41,244 nt of DNA from Chitinivibrionales bacterium (GCA_038247415.1 JBBRUX010000035.1:1-41244), one strand, 5' to 3'; shown: positions 7,782 through 17,974, counted from the first letter of the stretch. Notes: a model not told the origin generated them from the sequence alone. Numbers and translations: made by a program.

Positions 7782-10442
7782 ATGGAAAAACAGTACGATC
7801 CCAAAGGCATAGAGAACAAATGGCATGATGCCTGGACCGAAAACAAGCTCTTTGTTGCCGACGAAAAAACTACAAAACCTGTTTATTCGGTAGTAATCCC
7901 ACCGCCAAACGTTACTGGAATTCTTCATATGGGCCACGCGCTCAATAATACCGTTCAGGATATTATTGTTCGTCATAAACGCATGAGCGGATGCGAAGTG
8001 TTGTGGGTCGTGGGCACCGACCATGCTGGTATTGCTACGCAAAATGTGGTAGAACGACAACTCGCCAAAGAAAAACTCACCCGTCATGATTTGGGACGCG
8101 AAAAATTTGTGGAGCGTGTTTGGGAATGGAAAACACAGTATCACGCAACCATTACAAGCCAGCTTAAAAGGCTTGGAACATCGGTCGACTGGAGCAGGGA
8201 ACGTTTCACCATGGACGAAGGGCTCTCTGCCGCAGTACGTAAAGTATTTGTGTCGCTTTACAACGACGACCTTATTTATAGAGGCAAATATATTATTAAT
8301 TGGTGTCCCCGTTGCCGTACCGCATTATCCGACGAAGAAGCAGAGCATAAAGACAGCAAGGGAAAACTGTACCATTTCAAATATCCTCTTGCGGATGGTA
8401 GTGGCCATGTAACCGTAGCTACCACGCGCCCGGAAACAATGCTTGGCGACACCGCAGTTGCAGTAAACCCCACCGACGACCGGTACCGCTACCTCATCGG
8501 GTCGCACATCATGCTTCCTCTTGTAAACAGAAAGATCCCCATCATTGCCGATGACTTTGTTGACAAGAGCTTTGGTACAGGTGCGGTAAAAGTTACTCCT
8601 GCCCACGACCCCAACGATTATGCCATAGCCCAGCGGCATTACCTTAAGCCTATAATCATTATGGACGAAGGCGCCACCATGACCGGGCCCATACCCGATA
8701 AATACAAAGGGCTCGATCGCTTTGCCTGCCGCAAGGAAATTGTTGCCGATCTCACCGCTCTTGGCCTTGTGGATACAATAGAAGACCACGATCATGCCGT
8801 TGGCCAATGCTATCGGTGCTCAACGGTTGTTGAGCCCTATTACTCAGACCAATGGTTTGTCAAGATGGCGCCATTGGCCGCAAAGGCTCTTGCAGCCGCC
8901 AAGAAAAATACCATTACATTTTATCCCGAACGGTACAAAAAAACCTATACCGACTGGATGGAAAACATCCGTGACTGGTGCATCTCACGCCAGATCTGGT
9001 GGGGCCACCGGATCCCCGTCTGGTACTGTGACGAATGTAAAGCAGTCATTGTTTCGGAAACCGATCCGACAATCTGCACACACTGTGACTCGACCAAACT
9101 TCGCCAAGACAACGATGTCCTTGACACGTGGTTTTCTTCATGGCTCTGGCCTTTTTCCACCATGGGGTGGCCACAGCATACCGATTTATATAAGAAGTTT
9201 TATCCAACAACCTCGCTTACAACGGCGCCAGAAATTTTATTCTTTTGGGTTGCCCGCATGCTCATGGCAGGTATTTACTGTACCAAACAACTTCCCTTTA
9301 CAGATATTGTTCTGCATGGCACTGTACGCGATAAAAGTGGCCGCAAAATGTCTAAATCTCTTGGCAATTCCATCGACCCCCTTGATGTTATTAATGTCAA
9401 TGGCGCCGATGCCCTGCGGTTTTCTCTCATGATGACAACTGCTCAAGGCGCCGATGTTTACCTGAGTCCCGACACCTTTGAAATAGGCCGCAATTTCTGT
9501 AATAAACTGTGGAATGCCGCACGATTTGTTCTGGGAACCATTCCTGAAAAAGTAACCATTACCGCTCTTCCGCCGGTTTTTCGCCTTGACGGAGCAGATA
9601 TTTGGATGCTCTCCCGCCTCTCTAAAACCATTGCCGCAGTGGAATCGGCATTACAAACGTATCGCCACAATGAAGCTGCTCGTCTTTTATACGACTGCAC
9701 GTGGCATGACTTTTGTGATTGGTATGTAGAGCTTAAAAAGGCCGATTTATATCAGACTGAAGATGCAGAAAAGCAAGCCGATGCACGGGCATTGTGTATT
9801 CATGTTTTAGGAACATTGCAAAAAATGCTCCACCCTTTTATGCCTTTTATCATCGAAGAAATCTGGTCTCACCTGCGAGAAAAAATAACTTACAATAACC
9901 TTATCGATGCGCAATTTATCTCGTGTGCCTCGTTTCCCAAGTCCAACAAAGACCAGATCAACGATGCAATTGAAGCCGAGTTTACGCTTGTTCAGAATGT
10001 CATTACAGCAATTCGCACCATGCGGGCAGAAAATAATATTCCTCCCGACAAAAAAGGAACTGCCAAAATTGTAACGGCTACCCCGTCGGATCTTGCTTCC
10101 CTTACGGCACACAAAGCCCGCATCGAGCATTTTGCCAAATTGACTAGTGCCACCATTGGCGCAGACCTTGTGAGGCCTTCATTTTGCGCAAGCTCTATAG
10201 TAGCAGGCAATCAGGTATTTCTCGAACTCGAAGGTCTTATTGACAAACAAGTAGAACTCGAACGGCTTGCCAAAGAAATAGCCAGAACGCAGTCTCTTAT
10301 CGAGAGTACGCAAAAGCGCCTTGAGAGCCCTGCTTTTACGGGAAAAGCTCCGGCTGAGGTTGTTGCAAAAGAAGAAGAAAAACTTTGCGGCCTCAAGAGT
10401 AATTTAGAAAAACTCAACCAAAGCCTTGCGGCTTTGCACTAG
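7782..10442 (+). CDS. valS: Valine--tRNA ligase
   Basis: PPPNVTGILHMGHA (HIGH), DWCISRQIWWGH, KMSKS, C-terminal coiled coil; AAGGAG RBS. Confidence 0.98.
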   Translation: MEKQYDPKGIENKWHDAWTENKLFVADEKTTKPVYSVVIPPPNVTGILHMGHALNNTVQDIIVRHKRMSGCEVLWVVGTDHAGIATQNVVERQLAKEKLTRHDLGREKFVERVWEWKTQYHATITSQLKRLGTSVDWSRERFTMDEGLSAAVRKVFVSLYNDDLIYRGKYIINWCPRCRTALSDEEAEHKDSKGKLYHFKYPLADGSGHVTVATTRPETMLGDTAVAVNPTDDRYRYLIGSHIMLPLVNRKIPIIADDFVDKSFGTGAVKVTPAHDPNDYAIAQRHYLKPIIIMDEGATMTGPIPDKYKGLDRFACRKEIVADLTALGLVDTIEDHDHAVGQCYRCSTVVEPYYSDQWFVKMAPLAAKALAAAKKNTITFYPERYKKTYTDWMENIRDWCISRQIWWGHRIPVWYCDECKAVIVSETDPTICTHCDSTKLRQDNDVLDTWFSSWLWPFSTMGWPQHTDLYKKFYPTTSLTTAPEILFFWVARMLMAGIYCTKQLPFTDIVLHGTVRDKSGRKMSKSLGNSIDPLDVINVNGADALRFSLMMTTAQGADVYLSPDTFEIGRNFCNKLWNAARFVLGTIPEKVTITALPPVFRLDGADIWMLSRLSKTIAAVESALQTYRHNEAARLLYDCTWHDFCDWYVELKKADLYQTEDAEKQADARALCIHVLGTLQKMLHPFMPFIIEEIWSHLREKITYNNLIDAQFISCASFPKSNKDQINDAIEAEFTLVQNVITAIRTMRAENNIPPDKKGTAKIVTATPSDLASLTAHKARIEHFAKLTSATIGADLVRPSFCASSIVAGNQVFLELEGLIDKQVELERLAKEIARTQSLIESTQKRLESPAFTGKAPAEVVAKEEEKLCGLKSNLEKLNQSLAALH

Positions 10443-10458
10443 CGTCAAAGGATATATC

Positions 10459-11925
10459 ATGGTATTCCCATCGTTTGAAGAGGCCGCCTCATTAAGCTCG
10501 ACATTTGACCTTATTCCGATTTGTGTATCGGTTTTTGCCGATACAGAAACACCTGTTTCGGTTCATAAAAAGCTTTTTGCTGCTAAGTCGTGTTCCTTTC
10601 TTTTAGAAAGTGTGAGCGGAGCAGACACCGTGGCTCGGTATTCATTTTTGGGTGCCGATCCGTATATGATCTTTAGAGCATCAGGTAAAGATTGGACAAT
10701 CGAAGGTGAGGTATCCGCATCAGGTACGGGAGATCCTGTAGAAGAGCTTAAAAAGCTTGTTTCTTCGCATAATCCGGCGCACATCCAAGGTTTGCCTCGC
10801 TTTTGTGGCGGAGCAGTTGGTTTTTTCTCCTACGACTCAATTAGGCTCTGGGAAAACATTCCCGATTCGCACCACACAACACCCATGGTCGATGATATCT
10901 TTTATGGTTTTTACCGATCTCTTATTGCTTTTGACAATAGAGAAAAAAAACTCCTTTTTATTTCCAATGTTAAAGCCTCAACACTCACCAAAGAATCATA
11001 TACCGAAACGGTGGCATTTTTGCGTGCCGAAGCGCAGAAGCTCTCGCACGGGGCGGTTTCCCCTACTCTTGACATACGTGAGATAGGTTCTATTACAAGC
11101 ACTATGACACGCGAAGAATACGAACGTGCTGTATCCGCATGCAAAGAATATATCCTTGCTGGTGATATCTTTCAGGTAGTACTTTCGCAGCGATTCAGTG
11201 TTCCCGTTGCAGCCGATGCGTTCGACCTATATCGAGTACTTCGATCGGTTAACCCTTCGCCGTATATGTATTTCTTGTCGCTTGATGGCATGAACGTTAT
11301 TGGGGCATCGCCTGAAATGCTTGTGCGTGTGGAAGACAGAACGGTAATGGTTCGTCCTATTGCTGGCACACGTCGGCGAGGCGCAACCGATGCCGAAGAC
11401 ACGCTTCTTTCCGAGGAATTGCTGGGCGATCCCAAAGAACGTGCCGAACATGTGATGCTTGTAGATTTAGGCCGCAACGACACCGGCCGGGTTTCTGAAT
11501 ACGGGAGCGTTACCGTTGACGCAATGATGCGTATTGAAAAATACTCTCATGTAATCCATATGGTTTCTGATGTACGCGGCACACTCAAAAAAGAAGCTAC
11601 CGCAATCGATGCACTCCTTTCGTGCTTTCCGGCCGGAACACTTTCCGGAGCGCCAAAAATTCGCGCCATGGAAATCATCGATGAGCTTGAGCCAACCCGA
11701 CGTGGTTTATATGGTGGAACACTTGGCTACATAGATTTTTCTGGGAATCTGGATTCCTGTATTGTTATACGGACAATTATTTACAAAGATGGAATAGCCT
11801 ATATCCAAGCTGGGGCAGGAATTGTAGCGGATTCTGTACCATCAACCGAATTTGATGAGACCGTTAATAAAGCACGTTCGTCGTTTAAAGCATTAGAAAA
11901 TGCACTGCAAATGACCACCCTGTAG
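10459..11925 (+). CDS. trpE: Anthranilate synthase component I
   Basis: FLLES, GDIFQVVLSQR, NPSPYMY, PIAGT, EHVMLVDLGRND, FPAGTLSGAPK. ATG 10459 behind AAGGA. Confidence 0.93.
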   Translation: MVFPSFEEAASLSSTFDLIPICVSVFADTETPVSVHKKLFAAKSCSFLLESVSGADTVARYSFLGADPYMIFRASGKDWTIEGEVSASGTGDPVEELKKLVSSHNPAHIQGLPRFCGGAVGFFSYDSIRLWENIPDSHHTTPMVDDIFYGFYRSLIAFDNREKKLLFISNVKASTLTKESYTETVAFLRAEAQKLSHGAVSPTLDIREIGSITSTMTREEYERAVSACKEYILAGDIFQVVLSQRFSVPVAADAFDLYRVLRSVNPSPYMYFLSLDGMNVIGASPEMLVRVEDRTVMVRPIAGTRRRGATDAEDTLLSEELLGDPKERAEHVMLVDLGRNDTGRVSEYGSVTVDAMMRIEKYSHVIHMVSDVRGTLKKEATAIDALLSCFPAGTLSGAPKIRAMEIIDELEPTRRGLYGGTLGYIDFSGNLDSCIVIRTIIYKDGIAYIQAGAGIVADSVPSTEFDETVNKARSSFKALENALQMTTL

Positions 11926-11929
11926 GTTC

Positions 11930-12499
11930 TTATTTGTTAAATAATACGCCAATATGAAATTTGGGACCCCCAAGGGAATGTCCGCTACCAAGCATGCTTC
12001 CTAAGAGATAATCCCCCATTATCATAAGTGAAATTGAGTGCGTTATGCTTCGTTCGAGGGTAAGAATAGGCCCGGCGATAAAAGTAGAATGATGAAGAAA
12101 TGTAGCAGAAATAGTATCACCCGATTTCGATCTAATATCAAGGTTTGTAAACGCTCCTCCACCAACCAATGCCCCGGCAGAAAATCTCCATTTTCTATAA
12201 GGCAGACTTCCCTCACATGTCAAGCCTCCATACCCCATGCTATAGTAGCTTCCTTTGAGAGAATCTTGACTATACGCTAAATTCACCGTAGCACCTCCGC
12301 CACCAATACGCACATAGTTTCCCGTATAAAAATGAAGCCTACCTCCAACACCCGTCATAAAACCCGTAGCGTTATCCGAAGGCAAATTGATCGAAACCAG
12401 CCCACCTTGCACAGCCATGCCTCCACCAAAATGGGGCTGCGCCATTGCTGTAGTGAAAAGTAAACCGACGTATAAAAAAGTGCACGTCAAATATCTCAT
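11930..12499 (-). CDS. Secreted, probable small outer-membrane beta-barrel protein
   Basis: Signal peptide (..TTAMA-Q), Gly/aromatic alternating strands, C-terminal FHIGVLFNK. Confidence 0.6.
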   Translation of the reverse strand: MRYLTCTFLYVGLLFTTAMAQPHFGGGMAVQGGLVSINLPSDNATGFMTGVGGRLHFYTGNYVRIGGGGATVNLAYSQDSLKGSYYSMGYGGLTCEGSLPYRKWRFSAGALVGGGAFTNLDIRSKSGDTISATFLHHSTFIAGPILTLERSITHSISLMIMGDYLLGSMLGSGHSLGGPKFHIGVLFNK

Positions 12500-12637
12500 T
12501 GTTAGTAAATCCTGAGAAGGTATTCGTTCTTAAACATTGAGTGTGGTGGATATCCCAACGAGCTTACAATGTATTTCGAGGCAGCCGGTTTTGAAGAAAT
12601 ACTCCACTTAGTTGATACTACTCCCAGATTCTTGCTC

Positions 12638-14347
12638 TTATTGCTCTGATGCCACCGAAAGTGCTCGCGTGGCTTCTGCACACTCATTTGTTTGAGTATG
12701 TGCGCCAGTACAATAGTCCCGAAGATATTTCTGCCACACTTCAAAGAGCGCGATCCGATTGTGACGATTTGGCTTTTTGAGGAACTGCTGTTCGGTTGCG
12801 CGCGATTCGTAGAGCAATGATAGCCGCTGTAATTCAGATACCCCTACCACAAGAGACTTTTGATGTTGCGATAACGAGAATTGCTCGATGGACTCAAGCA
12901 CTTTTCCTTTAGCAAGCAAACTTCTCCCTTTACAAAACACAAAAGCTCCGTCTGCAATTGGGCCGTGTTCGATAAGATCGGCTACCTGATCCAGAGAACC
13001 GATAGTAGTAAGTGACCACATAAGCATGAGGCGCGTTTTAGCGCTTGGGGAAAGTAAAAAGACATCTTTAAGCAAGGCAGCTGCTTTTGTATAATCGTGC
13101 CGTTCAAATGCTTCTGATCCTCGTGCTAGGGTCGATACTTTTTTTGGCTCAATAGGCACCACAGCCACGGGAGCATGTGGTATCGAATCTTGACGTTTAA
13201 CAATTTCCTGCGAAGGATGATTTTCTTGAAGCGATACCGCTGCCATAGAACTGATCTTTTGTGACCCACGTTTTGATTTTTTTTGTTGTTGACTCATTAC
13301 GACGAGCACCGTCGCAACTATGAGACAGAGCCCAATCGCGCTAAAAATTCCAATCCGCATGAGCCGCAGCACCTGTTGGCGTTTATGTGCCCACGTTTTA
13401 GATAAATGAGTCGCGCCGGCTATTGAATCATCCTGAATGTATTCCGCGATTAACGTTTCAGCGCTATCGGATGTATATGCACGCAACACTGCTGCAAGTG
13501 CATCGTGCAATGCATCGGCAGAACGGTAGCGCTTGGTACGATGCACCTGCAAACACATCGTGAGGATTTCGGCCATTTCTTTGGGTATGCCCCGACGAAT
13601 ATCTGAGGCTGGAATATACCGACCATGCACTTTGTCGCGCATGAGTTCGGACATTTTTTTCTGGGGAAATGTTTTTTCCCCTGTTGTCATTTCGTAGAGC
13701 ACGGTGCCAAGCGAATAGATATCCGATCGACAATCAAGTTTCTCTGCATCAATTTGCTCAGGACTGATATACGGCCCAGTCCCCATGACCGATGCATCGG
13801 TTGTATGAATAGACTCAGAGCCAGGAAGAGCAATGCCAAAATCGGCAAGTTTGAGGGTTCCTTTTGACGAAATAAGAATATTGGCAGGCTTAATATCTCT
13901 GTGTACCAATCCGCTATATTCTTTTCCGTACACCGTAATAGTCTGCTTATGCGCAAACGCCAAAGCTTTGCTCAGAATTATCCCCATGGCAATCACAACA
14001 GTTATGGGAAAATGGCCACGCCGGGCAAGCAAATCGTACATCGATTCTCCATCGATATATTCCATCTCGATATACGGATTATTATTCCACACTGCAACAT
14101 TATAGATTTGAACAATATTGCTATGATGCAAATGGGCAGATATCTTGGCTTCTGTCTGGAGACGTTGTTTAGATTCGAGGGTGTGCCCTGGCTTAAGAAA
14201 CTTAATGGCCCGAATAACCTCAAGCTCCTCATGCTTTACTTTATAAACTATCGCCATACCACCGATAGCAATGGTATCCAAAACGCGGACGCCACCAATG
14301 ATATCGCCAGGTCGTGGAAGAATTAATTCTTTTTCATTGTCAGTCAT
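12638..14347 (-). CDS. Membrane-anchored Hanks-type Ser/Thr protein kinase with TPR-like extracytoplasmic region
   Basis: GGMAIVY, AIK, HRDIKPANIL, DFG, GTGPYISPEQ, DIYSLG; one TM helix near aa 330-352. Confidence 0.92.
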   Translation of the reverse strand: MTDNEKELILPRPGDIIGGVRVLDTIAIGGMAIVYKVKHEELEVIRAIKFLKPGHTLESKQRLQTEAKISAHLHHSNIVQIYNVAVWNNNPYIEMEYIDGESMYDLLARRGHFPITVVIAMGIILSKALAFAHKQTITVYGKEYSGLVHRDIKPANILISSKGTLKLADFGIALPGSESIHTTDASVMGTGPYISPEQIDAEKLDCRSDIYSLGTVLYEMTTGEKTFPQKKMSELMRDKVHGRYIPASDIRRGIPKEMAEILTMCLQVHRTKRYRSADALHDALAAVLRAYTSDSAETLIAEYIQDDSIAGATHLSKTWAHKRQQVLRLMRIGIFSAIGLCLIVATVLVVMSQQQKKSKRGSQKISSMAAVSLQENHPSQEIVKRQDSIPHAPVAVVPIEPKKVSTLARGSEAFERHDYTKAAALLKDVFLLSPSAKTRLMLMWSLTTIGSLDQVADLIEHGPIADGAFVFCKGRSLLAKGKVLESIEQFSLSQHQKSLVVGVSELQRLSLLYESRATEQQFLKKPNRHNRIALFEVWQKYLRDYCTGAHTQTNECAEATRALSVASEQ

Positions 14348-14503
14348 AGATACTCTACAAAATAACTCACTAAAGTAGCACCTTCAACGAAAGGACTGTT
14401 TTAATTTAAAACAAAGCTTCACTCGTCTTTAAGCATGATCGCACGCCGTAAAATATTTTCAGTGTGTTGGATACGTCTTTTTACTTCTTTCTGGGAAGCA
14501 ACC

Positions 14504-15073
14504 ATGATTGTTTTTATCGATAATTACGACTCTTTTACGTTTAATTTGGTTCAATACATCGGCGAAATGCACAAAGATATCCGCGTTTTTCGTAACGACG
14601 CGATCTCAACTGCTCAAATTAAAGCAATGAATCCCGATGCGGTGATAATCTCTCCGGGACCCTGCAGCCCCGTTGAGGCGGGCATTTCTGTTGAAGCCGT
14701 TACTGCTTTGGGCCAAACTATTCCGCTGTTAGGAGTATGCCTTGGCCACCAGTCTATTGGGCATGCTTTTGGTGGAAATGTTATTAGGGCACCCTATCTT
14801 ATGCATGGTAAAGTATCGGAAATCCATCACGAGAATACAGGCGTTTTTACCGGATTGCCAAACCCCTTTACAGCAACACGATACCATAGTCTCATTGTAG
14901 AAAAGTCTTCGCTTCCAGAATGTCTTACTATTACCGCGCAAACATCGGATGGGCTCATTATGGGACTTAAGCATAATAAATTCCCTATTGTCGGAATTCA
15001 ATTTCATCCAGAATCAATCCTTACCCGCGAGGGAAAATCGCTCCTTAAAAATTTTATTAAAGGAGTTCTCTAA
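14504..15073 (+). CDS. trpG: Anthranilate synthase component II / glutamine amidotransferase
   Basis: [34 protein letters not shown]. Start set at ATG 14504. Confidence 0.92.
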   Translation: MIVFIDNYDSFTFNLVQYIGEMHKDIRVFRNDAISTAQIKAMNPDAVIISPGPCSPVEAGISVEAVTALGQTIPLLGVCLGHQSIGHAFGGNVIRAPYLMHGKVSEIHHENTGVFTGLPNPFTATRYHSLIVEKSSLPECLTITAQTSDGLIMGLKHNKFPIVGIQFHPESILTREGKSLLKNFIKGVL

Positions 15074-15075
15074 CC

Positions 15076-15846
15076 ATGAACGACATCTTGGTTGAAATTA
15101 TCAATCAAAAGAAGATAGAAGTTCAGGCATTAGCAGGCCAGAGCTACCGCGAAAAAAAACGTTCCGATACCAGACGTCCTTTTGGGTCTGCGCTTAAGCG
15201 CCAGAGCGGAGCGGCTCTTATCGCCGAAGTTAAAAAGGCGTCTCCTTCGCGGGGCATTATAAAACACGATTTTGATCATTGCGCCACGGCCTTAACTTAC
15301 GAACAAGGCGGAGCACATGCCATTTCGGTACTCACCGACGAACGTTTCTTTATGGGCAAGTTGTCCTACCTTAACGATATTCGCTCTAAAGTTACTCTAC
15401 CGCTTCTGCGCAAAGACTTCATTATCGATCCACTCCAAGTTGAAGAAGCAGCTGCTGCCAATGCTGATGCGCTTTTGCTTATTGCTGCAGCACTTTCACA
15501 AGATCAAATGAAGGAATTATACGCAGCTGCCCGAGAACTCGATGTAGAAGTTCTTATTGAAGTGCATGACAGAGGCGAATTAGAGAGGGTTTTAGACATA
15601 TCTGCGCCACTTATTGGCATTAATAATCGTAACCTCAGGACATTTACAACAGATATTAATCTGACACTCGATCTTATTCCATTTATTCCTCAAAGCGCAA
15701 CTATTATTTCTGAATCGGGAATAGAAAATGGCACAATGGCTTCCCGATTATTGGCAGGGGGAGCGCATGCTTTCCTTGTGGGAGAATCTCTCATGCGTCA
15801 TACGTTCCCCCTTGATCTTATGAAAGAACTTCTTGATGCACGTTAA
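15076..15846 (+). CDS. trpC: Indole-3-glycerol phosphate synthase
   Basis: IAEVKKASPSRG, ISVLTD, LRKDFI, GINNRNL, SESGI, LVGESLM. Confidence 0.96.
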   Translation: MNDILVEIINQKKIEVQALAGQSYREKKRSDTRRPFGSALKRQSGAALIAEVKKASPSRGIIKHDFDHCATALTYEQGGAHAISVLTDERFFMGKLSYLNDIRSKVTLPLLRKDFIIDPLQVEEAAAANADALLLIAAALSQDQMKELYAAARELDVEVLIEVHDRGELERVLDISAPLIGINNRNLRTFTTDINLTLDLIPFIPQSATIISESGIENGTMASRLLAGGAHAFLVGESLMRHTFPLDLMKELLDAR

Positions 15847-16456
15847 AATTAAAATCTGCGGTATTACCCGCTATGAGGATGCCAAAACCGCCACAAGTCT
15901 TGGTGTTGATGCTCTTGGCTTTATTTTTTATGCAAAAAGCCCACGCGCCATTTCGCCCCAGAGCGCTTCAGAAATCATTCGTAAGCTACCTCCCTTTGTT
16001 TCCAAAGTAGGAGTATTTGTAAATGAATCCTACGAGAATATCTGTGAAATTGCTAACGTAAGTGGTATTGGAACCATCCAATTACATGGCGATGAATCTC
16101 CTGAATTCTGCTCACGATTTTCCTTGCCGGTTATAAAAGCTTTTTCTGTTGCAACCCCACAGGATTGTGCAGCTATTTCCCATTATCACGTTGGTGGTTT
16201 TCTTTTAGACACCTGGGATGCATCACTTGCTGGTGGAAGCGGAAGAACATTCGATTGGTCGATTGCAGAAGAAGTTGCCCGCACCTACCCGGGGGTTATT
16301 ATTGCAGGCGGCCTTGGGCCCGCAAATATTGCCGAAGCGCTTGCAGCGGTGCGCCCGTATGGTGTAGATGTCAACAGTGGTGTTGAAATTAAGCCAGGCA
16401 TTAAAAATCCTCAAAAAATGCGCACGGTTATCGACATTGTTACAGGCTGGAAATAA
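15836..16456 (+). CDS. trpF: Phosphoribosylanthranilate isomerase
   Basis: KICGIT, GFIF..KSPR, VGVFVN, QLHGDE, GGSGRTFDW, AGGL, VDVNSGVE. Confidence 0.96.
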   Translation: MHVKIKICGITRYEDAKTATSLGVDALGFIFYAKSPRAISPQSASEIIRKLPPFVSKVGVFVNESYENICEIANVSGIGTIQLHGDESPEFCSRFSLPVIKAFSVATPQDCAAISHYHVGGFLLDTWDASLAGGSGRTFDWSIAEEVARTYPGVIIAGGLGPANIAEALAAVRPYGVDVNSGVEIKPGIKNPQKMRTVIDIVTGWK

Positions 16457-16490
16457 AAAAGGCCACTATCCTACGATAGCGGCCTTTTTT
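16455..16490. terminator. Bidirectional intrinsic terminator between trpF and the convergent minus-strand genes
   Basis: AAAAAA GGCCACTATC ctac GATAGCGGCC TTTTTT. Confidence 0.8.
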
Positions 16491-16508
16491 ACCAAAACCA
16501 TTTAGAAA

Positions 16509-16619
16509 CTATTCGCCGCTTTTTGAATCCTTCTTGGATTTTTTCTCGAGGCGCTTCTCTTTAATTGATTTGGTGGCTTGTTTTTTGCCTTCTTTTTTAG
16601 CATTCTGTTCTTTACCCAT
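16509..16619 (-). CDS. Small Lys-rich protein (36 aa; absent from the ORF track)
   Basis: MGKEQNAKKEGKKQATKSIKEKRLEKKSKKDSKSGE with GGAGGG RBS; followed by the terminator. Confidence 0.65.
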   Translation of the reverse strand: MGKEQNAKKEGKKQATKSIKEKRLEKKSKKDSKSGE

Positions 16620-16670
16620 AAACACCCTCCATAAATTTTGATGTGATTTTAATGATTAAGAAAGAAACAT

Positions 16671-16859
16671 TTATTGAGAACATCCGCAATCTGTTACAAT
16701 TTTATGATACTTAATAGCTTCATCCTTATCTTGAAGATTAAGACCGGTTTTTAAATCATCACAACTTTTAAACCCATACTTTTTTAAACAATCTTCTTTG
16801 GTACCACAAGCGCCAATAAAAAAAGCACACACCGAAGCAATAAACAGAACCTTTCGCAT
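16671..16859 (-). CDS. Small Cys-rich lipoprotein
   Basis: Signal peptide with lipobox IGA-C; four further Cys; AAGGAG RBS. Confidence 0.7.
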   Translation of the reverse strand: MRKVLFIASVCAFFIGACGTKEDCLKKYGFKSCDDLKTGLNLQDKDEAIKYHKIVTDCGCSQ

Positions 16860-16894
16860 ACTAACTCCTTTACGAGTTTTAGGTGACCGAAACT

Positions 16895-17974
16895 TTATGA
16901 CGGACTAAAGACAAAGGGATACGTAACACTCACATCTCCATCGGGTACCGGATCAAATGTCCACATTTTAACCTTGCGGATAATTTCGGCTTCCAGATCG
17001 GCATTCCCCGTTGTATTCTCTAAAATTTGTACCGCACTCACACTACCATCTGCTGCAATTGTAAATCGGACGGTAACCTTTCCCTTAAGCGTTGGATCAC
17101 GCTGTAAAAACTTTTCGTAACTCATTCGGATCGAAACACGATGATCCGAAACGACCTTGTTGATTGCTGTATTATCACGAAGGGCATTGGAAGACGCAGC
17201 ACCTTCGATAGATTCTGGCCTTTGGATTACAAAATTGCCTCGCTTCACAAGATCGGAAGTTGGCGTTGTTTGTATTGCCGAAACCAGATCGGTAATTTCT
17301 TCCTTATGAACAACCCCAACATCTTTACTACGAACCAGTTTCTGATTTAATATATCTGCCGATTGCGTTTTTTTAAGCCCGCTCATATTCTGAAGCGCGC
17401 TTTCTAAATCGACCAACTGCTCCTTATGATTCCCCGACGCTCCCAGAACATCCACAACTGCAGGTCCCCGTGCAGTTGTCCCACTGCCGGTAAGCATCCC
17501 AAGCACGCCAACCGTTCGCATTTTTTGTTCCACAGCCACGGTCTGACGATTAATCGCCTTTCGGGCTGCGGCGCGCTCTGCATCGGAAAGTGCTCGTGGT
17601 GGAGCTTGCTGCTCTGCAACTTCTTCTGTTTGTTGCGATTGCTTTGCTTGCTCGACCTCTACCGACTTTTCGGACCTTTTTTCTGCAAGAATATTTTTAG
17701 GTTTCTTGTCGGCTTTAGGAATCGGTTTTTCGATAATGAGTTTAGCAAAGCGTTCGGGCATCTCTTCGAGCACTACCATTTTTTGTGGTGGAAGCTCTCG
17801 TGTGTTTACAAGTACCACAAAGATTCCATGTACGAGAAGCGACACTCCTATTATAATATATAATTTGAGATCGGTGCGTGGCCAAAAAGATCCACGTACC
17901 GATTTAAGAAGAGCTTGACTTATCCCCTCGCCCCCCCCAGACATGACTACTATTTCATCGTCGGGACTCTTCAC
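16895..17974 (-). CDS. GltG/AgmX-like TonB-C domain protein (single TM, no FHA)
   Basis: TM SLLVH, helical linker, GVLGML motif, C-terminal IRMSYEKFLQRDPTLKGKVTVRFTIAADGSV...WTF...VSVTYPFVF of the AgmX/PglI C-terminal type. Confidence 0.82.
   Translation of the reverse strand: MKSPDDEIVVMSGGGEGISQALLKSVRGSFWPRTDLKLYIIIGVSLLVHGIFVVLVNTRELPPQKMVVLEEMPERFAKLIIEKPIPKADKKPKNILAEKRSEKSVEVEQAKQSQQTEEVAEQQAPPRALSDAERAAARKAINRQTVAVEQKMRTVGVLGMLTGSGTTARGPAVVDVLGASGNHKEQLVDLESALQNMSGLKKTQSADILNQKLVRSKDVGVVHKEEITDLVSAIQTTPTSDLVKRGNFVIQRPESIEGAASSNALRDNTAINKVVSDHRVSIRMSYEKFLQRDPTLKGKVTVRFTIAADGSVSAVQILENTTGNADLEAEIIRKVKMWTFDPVPDGDVSVTYPFVFSPS

Noticed and set aside
7767..10417. Many alternative-frame and antisense ORFs over valS (e.g. 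8794..9432, 8325..8807)
   Set aside because: Fully overlap a conserved essential gene and have no motifs; shadow ORFs. The same applies to similar ORFs elsewhere, such as 36802..37341.
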